This document shows positions 9,034 to 18,285 of a DNA stretch of 64,000 nucleotides, piece after piece. The notes under the pieces were generated by a model, which had not been told where the DNA came from, made no database searches, and saw only the letters and a program-made list of their open reading frames with translations. This DNA is from Defluviitaleaceae bacterium (GTDB taxonomy: Bacteria; Bacillota; Clostridia; Lachnospirales; WQUN01): positions 14,774-78,773 of the forward strand of contig WQVC01000001.1 of the NCBI GenBank assembly GCA_009781765.1, written 5' to 3'. Made by a program: the position numbers and the translations under genes. Each line of letters begins with the position of its first letter. Position 1 is the stretch's first letter.

Positions 9034-9756
9034 TCAAACTTCTTTCAGTTTCTCATACATTTCAATTGTGCCGATGTCGTGGCACTCGCCGTTCATTTTA
9101 TATACGTACACATCGCGGATGCGATACAGCCATTGCGGAAACGAGCCGATTAAATCGGCGTTACCGCCCTCATCCAGATATTTTTTAACCAACGGAACGG
9201 TGTCGCGGCGAAAAAAATATGTTGCGTAAATTGCTAAATTCGATTTGGGCTGCGCGGGTTTTTCTTCGAGGTCGAGAACTTTGCCGTTTTCGTCCGACAG
9301 CGCGACAGCGAATGCTTTTATTTTTTCCGAGTCATCCATGACTTTTCCGCAAAGAGTGTCGCAACCGGTTTTGCGGAAAACGTCGTATTGTTCGCGCAAA
9401 TCGTATGTGAAAAAATTATCGCCGGCAACAACGACGATTTCGTCGTCGATTTTTTTTTCGTCAATCACGAACTGAACATCTCCGACCGCGCCGCGTCGAT
9501 TTTCGTTTGAAGTTGTACCGTCGTCGAGAACGTGCAGAGATGCGTTGTTTTTTTTCGCCGCCCACTCGCAAAAATGCGGATAAAATTTGCTGTTCGTTAC
9601 AACAAAAATTTCGTCCGCGCCCGGAATCGCGTTAATCCGGTCGATAATGCGGTCGATGACCGTCGAGCCGCGAAAGGGCAGCAGCGGTTTGGGTGTGTTT
9701 TCGGTAAGCGGATACATGCGCGTTGCGTAGCCCGCGGCGAGGATTATTGCTTTCAT
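9034..9756 (-). CDS. sugar-phosphate nucleotidyltransferase family protein
   Basis: MKAIILAAGYATRMYPLTENTPKPLLP signature. I moved the start to the ATG at 9756, which overlaps the upstream stop (ATGA). Confidence 0.75.
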   Translation of the reverse strand: MKAIILAAGYATRMYPLTENTPKPLLPFRGSTVIDRIIDRINAIPGADEIFVVTNSKFYPHFCEWAAKKNNASLHVLDDGTTSNENRRGAVGDVQFVIDEKKIDDEIVVVAGDNFFTYDLREQYDVFRKTGCDTLCGKVMDDSEKIKAFAVALSDENGKVLDLEEKPAQPKSNLAIYATYFFRRDTVPLVKKYLDEGGNADLIGSFPQWLYRIRDVYVYKMNGECHDIGTIEMYEKLKEV

Positions 9757-10862
9757 AAAAAACCTCCTGCTTTCGGGAAAATTTTTTTTATTATTTCGGA
9801 AAAATTTTGCGGCAACGGTGCTTCCCATGCCGTGCCGACGGGATACATTGATTCGGCGGCAATTTCAAGACGGCGGCAATGCAAAAGCTGCCCTGAGCAT
9901 TGAAGACTGTTCGCGGCGTCGGGAGAATGCGTAGCCATACGTCCCCGGCGTTCATTGCGCGCTCGGCGCGTATATTTTTTGTCGCCGACAAGCGGATGCC
10001 CGATTGAGGCCAAATGTGCGCGAATTTGATGCGAACGCCCGGTTATCGGAAAAACGGAAAGCAGTGAATATTCGCCGGAAACGGCAAGAACGGTAAAAGA
10101 TGTAACGACGACCGCAGGCGGCGCGTTATCCGATTCCGAATTTATTTCCGGCTTGATTTCCTGATTCATTTCAGATTTCATTTCCGGTTTTGAGCGAACG
10201 CCTGATTTTGAAGTTTCGGGCGTTACGATTCGGGCGACGTTTCGCTTTTCATCTTTTTCGTAAAAATCCTCCAACAGACGCCGTTCCCCTACCCTGCCCG
10301 CGACGCCGTGCGCCAACGCGATATATTCTTTTTTCATGCCGCGATTCGCGAACAAAAAATTTATCGCTTGAAGCGCGTGTAAAGTTTTTCCGCAAATTAC
10401 AAGCCCGGATGTATTTACGTCCAAACGATTGCAAATGCCCGGCGTGAAATCGGCGTTTTCGCCGTTATACGCGCCGCTTTCCTGGAGGTAAAACAAAATT
10501 TGCGGAAGCAACAGTTTTTTCGAATTCAACCGGTCGTGATTTTTGAGATTTCCGGCTTGCGAAAAAACGCCGACATGCTTATTTACAACAAGCAAATTCT
10601 CGTCCTCGAAAATAATTCCTTCAAGCGGCGCGGCTTTTTCAAAAACACGAGCCTTGCGACAAGTTTCAAGCGTTTCCTCCGAAAGAAAAAATCGCAACTC
10701 GTCGCCCTCGCGCAAAATTTCGCTTCCTGCGGCTCGCGCGCCGTTGAGTTTGATTCGTTTTTTGCGCAGCATTTTATAAATGAAAGAATGCGGCGCATTG
10801 TTTAAGTACGCAAAAAGGAACTTGTCCAAGCGGCGACCGGCATTTTCGGAAGAAATAGTCAC
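9753..10862 (-). CDS. RluA-family pseudouridine synthase (RluD-like, S4 domain) with internal low-complexity insert
   Basis: S4-like N-terminus (RLDKFL..KMLRKKRIKLNG), catalytic NRLDVNTSGLVI, and HQIRAHLA motif. Confidence 0.85.
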   Translation of the reverse strand: MTISSENAGRRLDKFLFAYLNNAPHSFIYKMLRKKRIKLNGARAAGSEILREGDELRFFLSEETLETCRKARVFEKAAPLEGIIFEDENLLVVNKHVGVFSQAGNLKNHDRLNSKKLLLPQILFYLQESGAYNGENADFTPGICNRLDVNTSGLVICGKTLHALQAINFLFANRGMKKEYIALAHGVAGRVGERRLLEDFYEKDEKRNVARIVTPETSKSGVRSKPEMKSEMNQEIKPEINSESDNAPPAVVVTSFTVLAVSGEYSLLSVFPITGRSHQIRAHLASIGHPLVGDKKYTRRARNERRGRMATHSPDAANSLQCSGQLLHCRRLEIAAESMYPVGTAWEAPLPQNFSEIIKKIFPKAGGFL

Positions 10863-10942
10863 AGCAAAAACCTTTCCTTTACTTTGCCCGCAACAATTTC
10901 AGGCGCAAGGTCGGGAGTGTCAATTTTCATGCAACCCATCCT

Positions 10943-12053
10943 CTACCCGTTTTTGTGCATCCAAATCAAATATGCGTTCATAAAATTATCAATCGCGCCG
11001 TCCATTACGGCTTGAACGTTGCCGGTTTCTTCGTCGGTGCGGTGGTCTTTGACGAGAGTGTACGGGCAAAAAACGTACGAGCGAATTTGACTGCCCCAAG
11101 CGTTGTCCTTGGTTTCGCCGCGAATGCCGCTGAGTTTTTCCAAATGCTCTTCTTTTTGGCGCAGGAATAATTTCGATTGCAACATTTTCATGGCGCGGTC
11201 GCGATTTTGAATTTGACTGCGCTCGTTTTGACATTGCACGACAATGCCGGACGGCAGGTGCGTTATGCGCACGGCGGATTCCGTTTTGTTTACATGCTGA
11301 CCGCCCGCGCCGCCGGAACGATACGTGTCGATTTTCAAATCTTCCGATGCGATTTCAATGCCGGATGCTTCGTCAAGTTCGGGCATAACGTCGCAGGACG
11401 CAAACGACGTGTGCCGTCGTCCGCCGGAATCAAACGGCGAAATGCGCACAAGCCTGTGAATCCCCTTCTCGCTTCGGAAATAACCAAAAGCGTTTTCGCC
11501 GGAAACCTGAAACGTTACGGATTTTACACCCGCTTCGTCGCCGTCGAGCAAATCCAAAATTTCGAATTTGAAGCCGCGCTTTTCCGCCCATTTATTGTAC
11601 ATTCGCAAAAGCATCGCTGCCCAGTCGCAGGATTCTGTGCCGCCCGCGCCGGGATGAATCGTGACAATTGCGTTGTTAATATCGTATTCGCCGGAAAGCA
11701 GCGTTTCCGTGCGAAGCCGTTCATATGCTTCAACAAATGCCGCTGCCTGTTCCTTTGCTTCCGGAATCAAATCGGCATCCTGTTCCTCAATGCCCATTTC
11801 CGCAAGCGTGAAGGCATCGTCAAACAAGCCCTGCACACGTTCGAACGAGCCGACTTTGTTCTTTAATATTTTGAGTTCCTTGAAAATTCGCCCGGAATTT
11901 TCGCGGTCGTTCCAAAAGTTCAGTTTTTGCGTTTCCGATTCAAGCGATTCAATTTGAGCCTTCGCATTAGCGAGGTCAAAGTGAGTTCCCCATTTCAATT
12001 AACTTCGCTTTGTACGGCGCAAGCGTGCGCTTTAATTCTTCAAGCTCAATCAT
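10943..12053 (-). CDS. prfB: peptide chain release factor 2 (requires +1 programmed frameshift)
   Basis: The main ORF has SPFDSGGRRHTSF and RSGGAGGQHVNKTESAVRITH (GGQ). The short upstream frame MIELEELKRTLAPYKAKLIEMGNSL ends at CTT TGA C. Confidence 0.92.
11975..11981 (-). promoter_or_regulatory. prfB: prfB +1 frameshift site CTTTGAC
   Basis: The minus strand reads ..GGGGAACTCA CTT TGA CCT... Shifting +1 joins the frame to DLANAKAQIESLE... Confidence 0.85.
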
Positions 12054-12188
12054 TTTTTTCACCCTATCAATGAGCAAAAGTCGCGATGCTCAAATTTTGT
12101 AACACAAGTGTAACATGGAATTAGACAAAGGCGCAAACATGCTGTAAAATTTGTTTCGCGAGAAAAAATTTTTTTTGGAGTGATTTTC

Positions 12189-12689
12189 ATGTTGTTACAA
12201 GACGCTTGGAAACGCATTGCATTTGACACGCAAAATCAACCGGTGAAACACGTTTGGGACGAGTTTCACAACAAAGAAAAAGCCGCTTACGTCGGCATTT
12301 TAAAAGAAAAAAAGACGCGCATAGAAGGCACTGTTACGGAGCTTGCCGAGGGCTTCCGCATGACAAACGTGCAGGTATGCGCGTTTTTGGATGGAATTCA
12401 CGAGTGCGTTGACGGTCTGCCGGAAATCGGCACAATCGAGGACAGCACCGCGATTGCCTTCGACATCGAATTTGACCGGCTTTACAAGCAAATGGTCGAA
12501 TACAAAGCCGATAATTTGTACAACTTGCCGGAATGGGACAATGTTTTCCCGCCCGAAAAGCAAAAAGAGCTTTATCGCGAACAAAAAAGTTCGCACACTG
12601 TTGTTCGCAACGAAGCAAAAATCGGTCGCAACGAACCCTGCACTTGCGGAAGCGGAAAGAAGCATAAAAAATGCTGCGGAGCGGCATAG
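12189..12689 (+). CDS. SEC-C metal-binding motif protein
   Basis: C-terminal [23 protein letters not shown] upstream of the ATG at 12189. Confidence 0.7.
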   Translation: MLLQDAWKRIAFDTQNQPVKHVWDEFHNKEKAAYVGILKEKKTRIEGTVTELAEGFRMTNVQVCAFLDGIHECVDGLPEIGTIEDSTAIAFDIEFDRLYKQMVEYKADNLYNLPEWDNVFPPEKQKELYREQKSSHTVVRNEAKIGRNEPCTCGSGKKHKKCCGAA

Positions 12690-13783
12690 ATTCCGCCGGA
12701 GATTTTATTCGCAACGGCGGACTTGTTGTGTTTCCGACGGAAACGGTTTACGGACTCGGCGCGGACGCTTTTAATCCTGACGCTGTTGCGAAAATTTACG
12801 CCGCGAAGGGTCGCCCCGGCGACAACCCGCTTATTTTGCATATCGCAAATGCGGGCGATTTTTCGCGCCTTGCGCACGAACCGCCGGATTACGCCTTTGC
12901 ACTTATCGAAAATTTTTGGCCGGGGCCGCTCACGCTTGTTGTGCGCAAAAATCCGACATTGCCGGCATGGCTCGGCGGGCATCCGAGCGGCACGACCGAA
13001 ACCGTCGGTATACGAATGCCGGCGCATCCCGTTGCGAGGGCGTTAATCGAAGCGTCGGGTTGTGCGATTGCCGCGCCGAGCGCAAACAAAGCCGGCAAAC
13101 CGAGCCCGACGAGCCTCGCGCACGTACTCGAAGATTATAATGAAGCCGAACGCAACGGCATTTTTTTTCTTGATGACTCCGAGCGAAACGACGAATTTAT
13201 CGGGCTTGAATCGACAGTCATTGATGCTACGGGCGACAAGCCCGTTATTTTGCGTCACGGCGGCATTACGGCAGAAGAAATTCTATCGGTAACCAACCGG
13301 CTGCCAACAGAAACAGCGAACGCTTCCCGTTGCGCAATAGCAACAGTGAGCGAAGCGAACGCTTCCCGTTGCGCAACAGAATTTGAACCGGCGCGAAAAT
13401 CCCCGGAAAATCCCCGTTCCCCCGGAATGAAATACAAACACTACGCACCGCGCGCGGAAATGACGATACTTTCGGGTCGGCCGGAAAAAATCGCGGAGTA
13501 TATCTCAAACGTCGGGGCGGGAAAAATCGGCGCGTTGGTAAGCGCGGAAACAGCGACGCATCTCCCCTGCCCTGCTCCGCCGAATTTGAAAATTCTCCCG
13601 CTCGGCGACGACGCGAGCGGCGATAAAAAAATCATAGCGCGAAACCTTTTCGCTAATTTGCGAAAATTTGACAGCCTCGGTGTTGATATAATTTTCGCCG
13701 AAGCCGTTTGCGAAAGCGGAATCGGCGCGGCAATAACGGACAGAATGCGCAAAGCCGCAGAGGGGCGCGCAGTAAGCGTCTGA
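12671..13783 (+). CDS. tsaC: L-threonylcarbamoyladenylate synthase (Sua5/YwlC type)
   Basis: YrdC-domain motif [40 protein letters not shown], and a C-terminal Sua5 domain. Confidence 0.88.
   Translation: MLRSGIDSAGDFIRNGGLVVFPTETVYGLGADAFNPDAVAKIYAAKGRPGDNPLILHIANAGDFSRLAHEPPDYAFALIENFWPGPLTLVVRKNPTLPAWLGGHPSGTTETVGIRMPAHPVARALIEASGCAIAAPSANKAGKPSPTSLAHVLEDYNEAERNGIFFLDDSERNDEFIGLESTVIDATGDKPVILRHGGITAEEILSVTNRLPTETANASRCAIATVSEANASRCATEFEPARKSPENPRSPGMKYKHYAPRAEMTILSGRPEKIAEYISNVGAGKIGALVSAETATHLPCPAPPNLKILPLGDDASGDKKIIARNLFANLRKFDSLGVDIIFAEAVCESGIGAAITDRMRKAAEGRAVSV
13283..13377. repeat. family B element, copy B1 (in frame inside tsaC, partly duplicated)
   Basis: CTATCGGTAACCAACCGGCTGCCAACAGAAACAG..CGAACGCTTCCCGTTGCGCAA occurs twice. 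It is the reverse complement of 29490-29559. Confidence 0.85.
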
Positions 13784-13792
13784 TTTTGCAAT

Positions 13793-14263
13793 GTGAGGGA
13801 CGTGTTAAAAGTGTCTGAAATAATTTTTGTATGCACGGGAAATACCTGTCGTTCGCCTATGGCGGCCGCGCTTGCTGCTGCCATTTTCGAGCGCGAGGGC
13901 ATAGAAATTGCGGTATCGTCGGCGGGAGTTTTCGCCTCATCCGGTGCCGGCGCAAGCAAAAATGCCGTTCTTGCGATGGAGCATGAAAATCTCAATTTGC
14001 GCGAGCATAAATCCCGCGTGACGGCGACTGAAATTCTCGAAAACGCCGTACTTGTTCTCACAATGACGCGCTCGCATCTTTCGCATGTTAAAGCCGCCGG
14101 CCCCGCCGCAAACGCATTCACATTGGGCGAATATGCCGGCGACTGCGCCGACGTTGCCGACCCTTTCGGCGGCGATTTGGAAGAATACAAAGCCTGCGCC
14201 GCTCAAATAAAAAAACTTCTCGAAGCGTGCGTCGAGAAGTTTCGCGCAGAGCAACACCGATAA
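13793..14263 (+). CDS. low-molecular-weight protein phosphatase (YwlE-like arginine/tyrosine phosphatase)
   Basis: CTGNTCRSPMA P-loop and a DP motif (VADPFGG). It follows tsaC, as ywlE follows ywlC in B. subtilis. The true start may be the GTG at 13811. Confidence 0.8.
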   Translation: MRDVLKVSEIIFVCTGNTCRSPMAAALAAAIFEREGIEIAVSSAGVFASSGAGASKNAVLAMEHENLNLREHKSRVTATEILENAVLVLTMTRSHLSHVKAAGPAANAFTLGEYAGDCADVADPFGGDLEEYKACAAQIKKLLEACVEKFRAEQHR

Positions 14264-14282
14264 TGCGAACCCGCAGTTAAAG

Positions 14283-14394
14283 ATAACAGCCCGCCGAAAA
14301 TGCCTTGTGGCAAGCGACCGGTCTTTTTTTCGGATGTTTTTCCCGAAAAAAAGACATCGAGCGAGCCGTTCACAATGCATCGGCGGGCTGTTAT
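14283..14394. repeat. family D long palindromic element, copy D1
   Basis: Outer arms ATAACAGCCCGCCGA / TCGGCGGGCTGTTAT. The core TTTTCCCGAAAAAAAGACATCGAGCG is shared with 52322-52427. Confidence 0.75.
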
Positions 14395-14426
14395 TTCAAC
14401 CACGGATTCGCATCTATGGTATCGGC

Positions 14427-14993
14427 TTAAAAAAAACTCTGCGGGCGAACGTGTGAAACAATTGTTAAAAACGGAGTCGGATTGCTTCTGACAGTACCGA
14501 CCGTTGCGGCAAGCGAATTAACAAAGCCGGAATTATTGACAATGCGGCTGATGTCTCCCCGCTCGGCGGCGGCGCGCACGCGGCTGTGGTTCATGCGCAC
14601 AGAACCGTCACGATTTACCGTTATGCCCATCTGCCTGAGTTCATCGGGATTATCGCGAACAATGCTCGCAAGTTCCCGCTCCAGCCTTGTAACGCTTCGC
14701 CCGCCGTACTCTCGCGCCGACGACAACATGTCATTAAACGAATTCACAACTCTGCGCACAGCTTGCAATTGTTCGTCGGCGTTGTTTGTGTTGCCGCTTA
14801 CATCCTGCAAATTGTTAAGCGTTCCGCGAACTCTGTCGGCCTCTCGGGTAAATTGGCGCGAAACCGCATCGGGAATATTCCTGCGCCATGAGCCGTCGAA
14901 ACTTCTGCTTGTTGACGAGCCGCCGCGATTTCTGTTCAAAATATCCGTTGCGTTTCGATTTTGACTCATAATTACTTGGTCACGAATTGTCAT
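14427..14993 (-). CDS. hypothetical protein (188 aa)
   Basis: GAGGGGG RBS 6 nt upstream of the ATG at 14993. I recognise no family. Confidence 0.55.
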   Translation of the reverse strand: MTIRDQVIMSQNRNATDILNRNRGGSSTSRSFDGSWRRNIPDAVSRQFTREADRVRGTLNNLQDVSGNTNNADEQLQAVRRVVNSFNDMLSSAREYGGRSVTRLERELASIVRDNPDELRQMGITVNRDGSVRMNHSRVRAAAERGDISRIVNNSGFVNSLAATVGTVRSNPTPFLTIVSHVRPQSFF

Positions 14994-15009
14994 AGTTTTC
15001 CCCCTCAAT

Positions 15010-15040
15010 AAAAAAGATGCTTTCTCAGGAGAATAGCATC
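15010..15040 (-). terminator. rho-independent terminator
   Basis: Minus strand GATGCT..AGCATC followed by TTTTTT. Confidence 0.6.
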
Positions 15041-15111
15041 CGAAAAACTGCGACTCAATGAATTTACATATTCAACACAAATCCTGCATAAACAACCGGT
15101 CGCTCAACACG

Positions 15112-15219
15112 CAGAGAGTGTCGAAAAATTACGCTTTCGCATATGCCGCATCTCGGCAACCGGTCTGAATCCGCCGGTTTCCTGCGATGCCGACACAGCT
15201 TATTTTTCAACACTCTCTG
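15112..15219. repeat. family C TIR element, copy C1 (overlaps the histidine kinase stop)
   Basis: Terminal inverted repeats CAGAGAGTGTCGAAAAATT / TATTTTTCAACACTCTCTG. The core TTTCGCATATGCCGCATCTCGG..CCGCCGGTTTCCTGCGATGC is shared with the other copies. Confidence 0.85.
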
Positions 15220-16480
15220 TCTCTATATACATCTGCAATTCAAATTGCACGTCATCGTATTCAAAACAAAGCTCGCCTCCGAGCTTGTCGCAAGTTTGCG
15301 CCATACTTCTGAGGCCTATGCCGTGATTTGCCTTGTCGGCTTTGGATGTTGCCAAAAATTTTCCGTCGGAACGCGGCTTTGTGCCGATTGTGTTTACTAT
15401 GCGACACAAAAATTGCGCACCGGCAGCCCGGATTTCCACTTTAATGAATTTGCATTTTTCCGACGAACGACCGCAAGCCTCGATTGCGTTATCCAAAGCG
15501 TTGCTCAAAAGCGTACATATTTCAACCGATATATCCGGCAGTCCTTGCGGAATGTCCATTTTCAATGTGAAATCAATATTGTTGCCGACCGCCTCTGCTT
15601 TTTTTGAAGTCAACACAGCATCAAGCATTACATTTCCCGTATCAAGTGTGAGAGTCAGCGGCTTTTTGCCCGATAACTCCGAAATATATGCCCTGAGTTC
15701 GTTTTCTTTTCCCAATAAAGCATGAATCATATCAATACTGTGCCTGAAATCATGTGACATCAGCCGTTTTTCCGCCAAATTATCAGCCAACCCCGTTATA
15801 TAGTTTTGCTGCGTTTCATTTTGAAATTTTTGCAAAATCAAGAGTCGTGATTTTTCATTTTGCCGGATTAAATTTTCAATGAGAACAAGAACAAGCACGT
15901 TTGCCACAACTACACTGTTCCTGATTAAAGGGCCGATTGCAAAAACACCGTCTTCCGCAACGGTATGAATAAATTGGTGCGTAACAAAGGAAGTAACCAT
16001 CATAAGCAAGCAAAAAATTATACCGAGCCTCGTTGTAACAAAATCCATCAGTCCCGGTTTTAACCGCCTGACCGCAAAAACAAACAGCAGCATCAGCAAA
16101 CAGGAAATCTTGAGAAAAACAATCGGATATGCCGCAGTCGGGAAGAAATGCACTACTATGCTGACTGATATTATATCCGAGGTTACCCATGTTAAATGAT
16201 GCAGCCCTGCAACCGCAGCTATAATTACAGGCTTTCTTCGGAAAAAAACCCAACCGATAATTGCAGTCCTTGTTACCGAAATAAAAGCCCCTGCCCAATG
16301 GCCGACAACCTCCGTCGCGGGAAGAAATACAACCGCTGTCGCAAAAACAAAAGTGAGAATTTTCCACACGACATGAATATTTCGCTTGTCCTGCAAAAAT
16401 GATTGCATGAATAAATATGTCAGCCCTGTCACTATAATCGACACGGATATATAAGCAAAATTAACGTAAGCGATACTCAT
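15200..16480 (-). CDS. GHKL-domain sensor histidine kinase (AgrC/LytS-like, multi-TM)
   Basis: ~6 N-terminal TM segments, SHDFRHS H-box, NALDNAIEA N-box, and HGIGLRSM G-box. Confidence 0.8.
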   Translation of the reverse strand: MSIAYVNFAYISVSIIVTGLTYLFMQSFLQDKRNIHVVWKILTFVFATAVVFLPATEVVGHWAGAFISVTRTAIIGWVFFRRKPVIIAAVAGLHHLTWVTSDIISVSIVVHFFPTAAYPIVFLKISCLLMLLFVFAVRRLKPGLMDFVTTRLGIIFCLLMMVTSFVTHQFIHTVAEDGVFAIGPLIRNSVVVANVLVLVLIENLIRQNEKSRLLILQKFQNETQQNYITGLADNLAEKRLMSHDFRHSIDMIHALLGKENELRAYISELSGKKPLTLTLDTGNVMLDAVLTSKKAEAVGNNIDFTLKMDIPQGLPDISVEICTLLSNALDNAIEACGRSSEKCKFIKVEIRAAGAQFLCRIVNTIGTKPRSDGKFLATSKADKANHGIGLRSMAQTCDKLGGELCFEYDDVQFELQMYIETESVEK

Positions 16481-17168
16481 TAAAAATCACCTTCGCCGAT
16501 TCTTTGTATTTTCTGCCGACGGGTATTTTTAAAAAATCGCCCCGGAGCACGACCTGATTATTAACCAACGCAAAAATATATTTCATATTAACCAAATATG
16601 ATTGATGCACTCGAACAAAACCCGGCAAATCAAATTGCGACAGCCGACCGTAAAAAATAAATGTATCGTCCTTCGTCACGGCCGTTACATAATGAAGTTT
16701 GCTTTCGAAATAAATTACCGCCGACAGGTTCAACTCTGCTTCCGCGCCGCTGCCTTTAAGTTTAACAATAAAACTGCCGATATCGCTCTTGCGGCGACGC
16801 TCTTCAAATAACCTGTTCATTAAACCGCTCACGGCCTGCACTGTTACCGGCTTAGACAAATATGCTCGCGCATTGTATCTGTACCCCTGCGCTATTTCTT
16901 CGCTCATTTTCGTGACAAATATTATGTCCGTATCCAAGTCAACTTTTCTGATTTGCTCCGCCGTGTCAAATCCGTCCGGGCTCGGCATATCTACGTCCAA
17001 GAAAATAAAATCAAATTTTTCGGGCAGATATTCCCGCAACAAGGATTTGCCGTTGGTGTAGGCTTGAATTTTACAGTCATTTTTTTCGATGCTGTGCATG
17101 TATTCCGCAATTATTCCGCAAAGATGACCTCGGCATTTGTCGTGGTCGTCACAAACGGCGATATTCAT
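16461..17168 (-). CDS. LytTR-family response regulator
   Basis: Receiver domain (MNIAVCDD.., FLDVDMP) plus a C-terminal LytTR domain (VRVHQSYLVN). I moved the start to the ATG at 17168. Confidence 0.85.
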   Translation of the reverse strand: MNIAVCDDHDKCRGHLCGIIAEYMHSIEKNDCKIQAYTNGKSLLREYLPEKFDFIFLDVDMPSPDGFDTAEQIRKVDLDTDIIFVTKMSEEIAQGYRYNARAYLSKPVTVQAVSGLMNRLFEERRRKSDIGSFIVKLKGSGAEAELNLSAVIYFESKLHYVTAVTKDDTFIFYGRLSQFDLPGFVRVHQSYLVNMKYIFALVNNQVVLRGDFLKIPVGRKYKESAKVIFNEYRLR

Positions 17169-17307
17169 GGTATCCCTCGCTTTCCGGTATGATTTTTCAG
17201 GCCGAATTATAGCAGTTTTTGCATCGGAACAAAAAATTTGCCGCACGTTCGCGCCCTTTGAAACCGAATCAAAATCATGTTAAACTGTCTCGGAAGGACG
17301 TGATTTT

Positions 17308-18285
17308 ATGATTCAGGTAGCAATCAACGGTTACGGAAATCTCGGGCGCGGAGTGGAAACATCGTTGGCGAATTTTCCCGATATGGAACTTGCGGCGGTT
17401 TTTACGCGGCGCAAACCCGCCGACGCGCTTAAAATTTCATCTCGTGTGCCGGTGGTGAACGTAAATGACGCAGCTAAATGGACAGACAAAATAGACGTAA
17501 TGCTTTTGTGCGGCGGTTCGGCAATGGATTTGCCCGAGCAAGGGCCGGAATTTGCCGGCATGTTCAACACGGTTGACAGCTTCGATACACATGCGAAAAT
17601 TCCCGAATACTTGGCGAAAATTGATGCCGCCGCAAACAAAAGCGGCAAGCTCTCAGTTGTTTCCATAGGATGGGACCCCGGACTTTTCTCATTGATGCGC
17701 ATGTACATGGGCGCGATTATGCCGAACGGACTGACCTATTCGTTTTGGGGCGACGGCGTAAGCCAAGGTCACTCCGACGCAATTCGCCGCGTTGAGGGCG
17801 TAATCGGAGCGGTGCAGTACACGCGCCCGGTTGCCGACGCAATGCAACGTGTTCGAAACGGCGAGTTACCCTCGCTCAAACTCAGCGAAAAACACACCCG
17901 CGAATGTTTTGTTGTTGCCGCAGAAAACGCCGACAAAGAGCGCATCGCCAATGAAATCCAAACCATGAAACATTATTTTGACGGATACGACACAACGGTT
18001 CATTTCATTACATTGGAAGAATTGCACGAGAACCACTCCACGCTGCCTCACGGCGGCAATGTAATTCACTCGGCAAAAACCGGCGCGAGCAATGCTCATG
18101 CGCTGGAATTTTCCTTGAAACTCGGCTCGAATCCGGAATTTACCGCATCGGTTATGCTTGCGTATGCACGGGCAGCGTATCGGCTCAACTCCGCCGGAGA
18201 AACAGGCGGGCGCACCGCTTTTGACATCGCACCGAAATTTCTTGCCGCCGGAACGCCCGACGAAATTGTGCGAGGATTACTGTGA
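17308..18285 (+). CDS. ddh: meso-diaminopimelate D-dehydrogenase
   Basis: MIQVAINGYGNLGRGVE N-terminus and WDPGLFS. Length 325 aa. Confidence 0.85.
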   Translation: MIQVAINGYGNLGRGVETSLANFPDMELAAVFTRRKPADALKISSRVPVVNVNDAAKWTDKIDVMLLCGGSAMDLPEQGPEFAGMFNTVDSFDTHAKIPEYLAKIDAAANKSGKLSVVSIGWDPGLFSLMRMYMGAIMPNGLTYSFWGDGVSQGHSDAIRRVEGVIGAVQYTRPVADAMQRVRNGELPSLKLSEKHTRECFVVAAENADKERIANEIQTMKHYFDGYDTTVHFITLEELHENHSTLPHGGNVIHSAKTGASNAHALEFSLKLGSNPEFTASVMLAYARAAYRLNSAGETGGRTAFDIAPKFLAAGTPDEIVRGLL

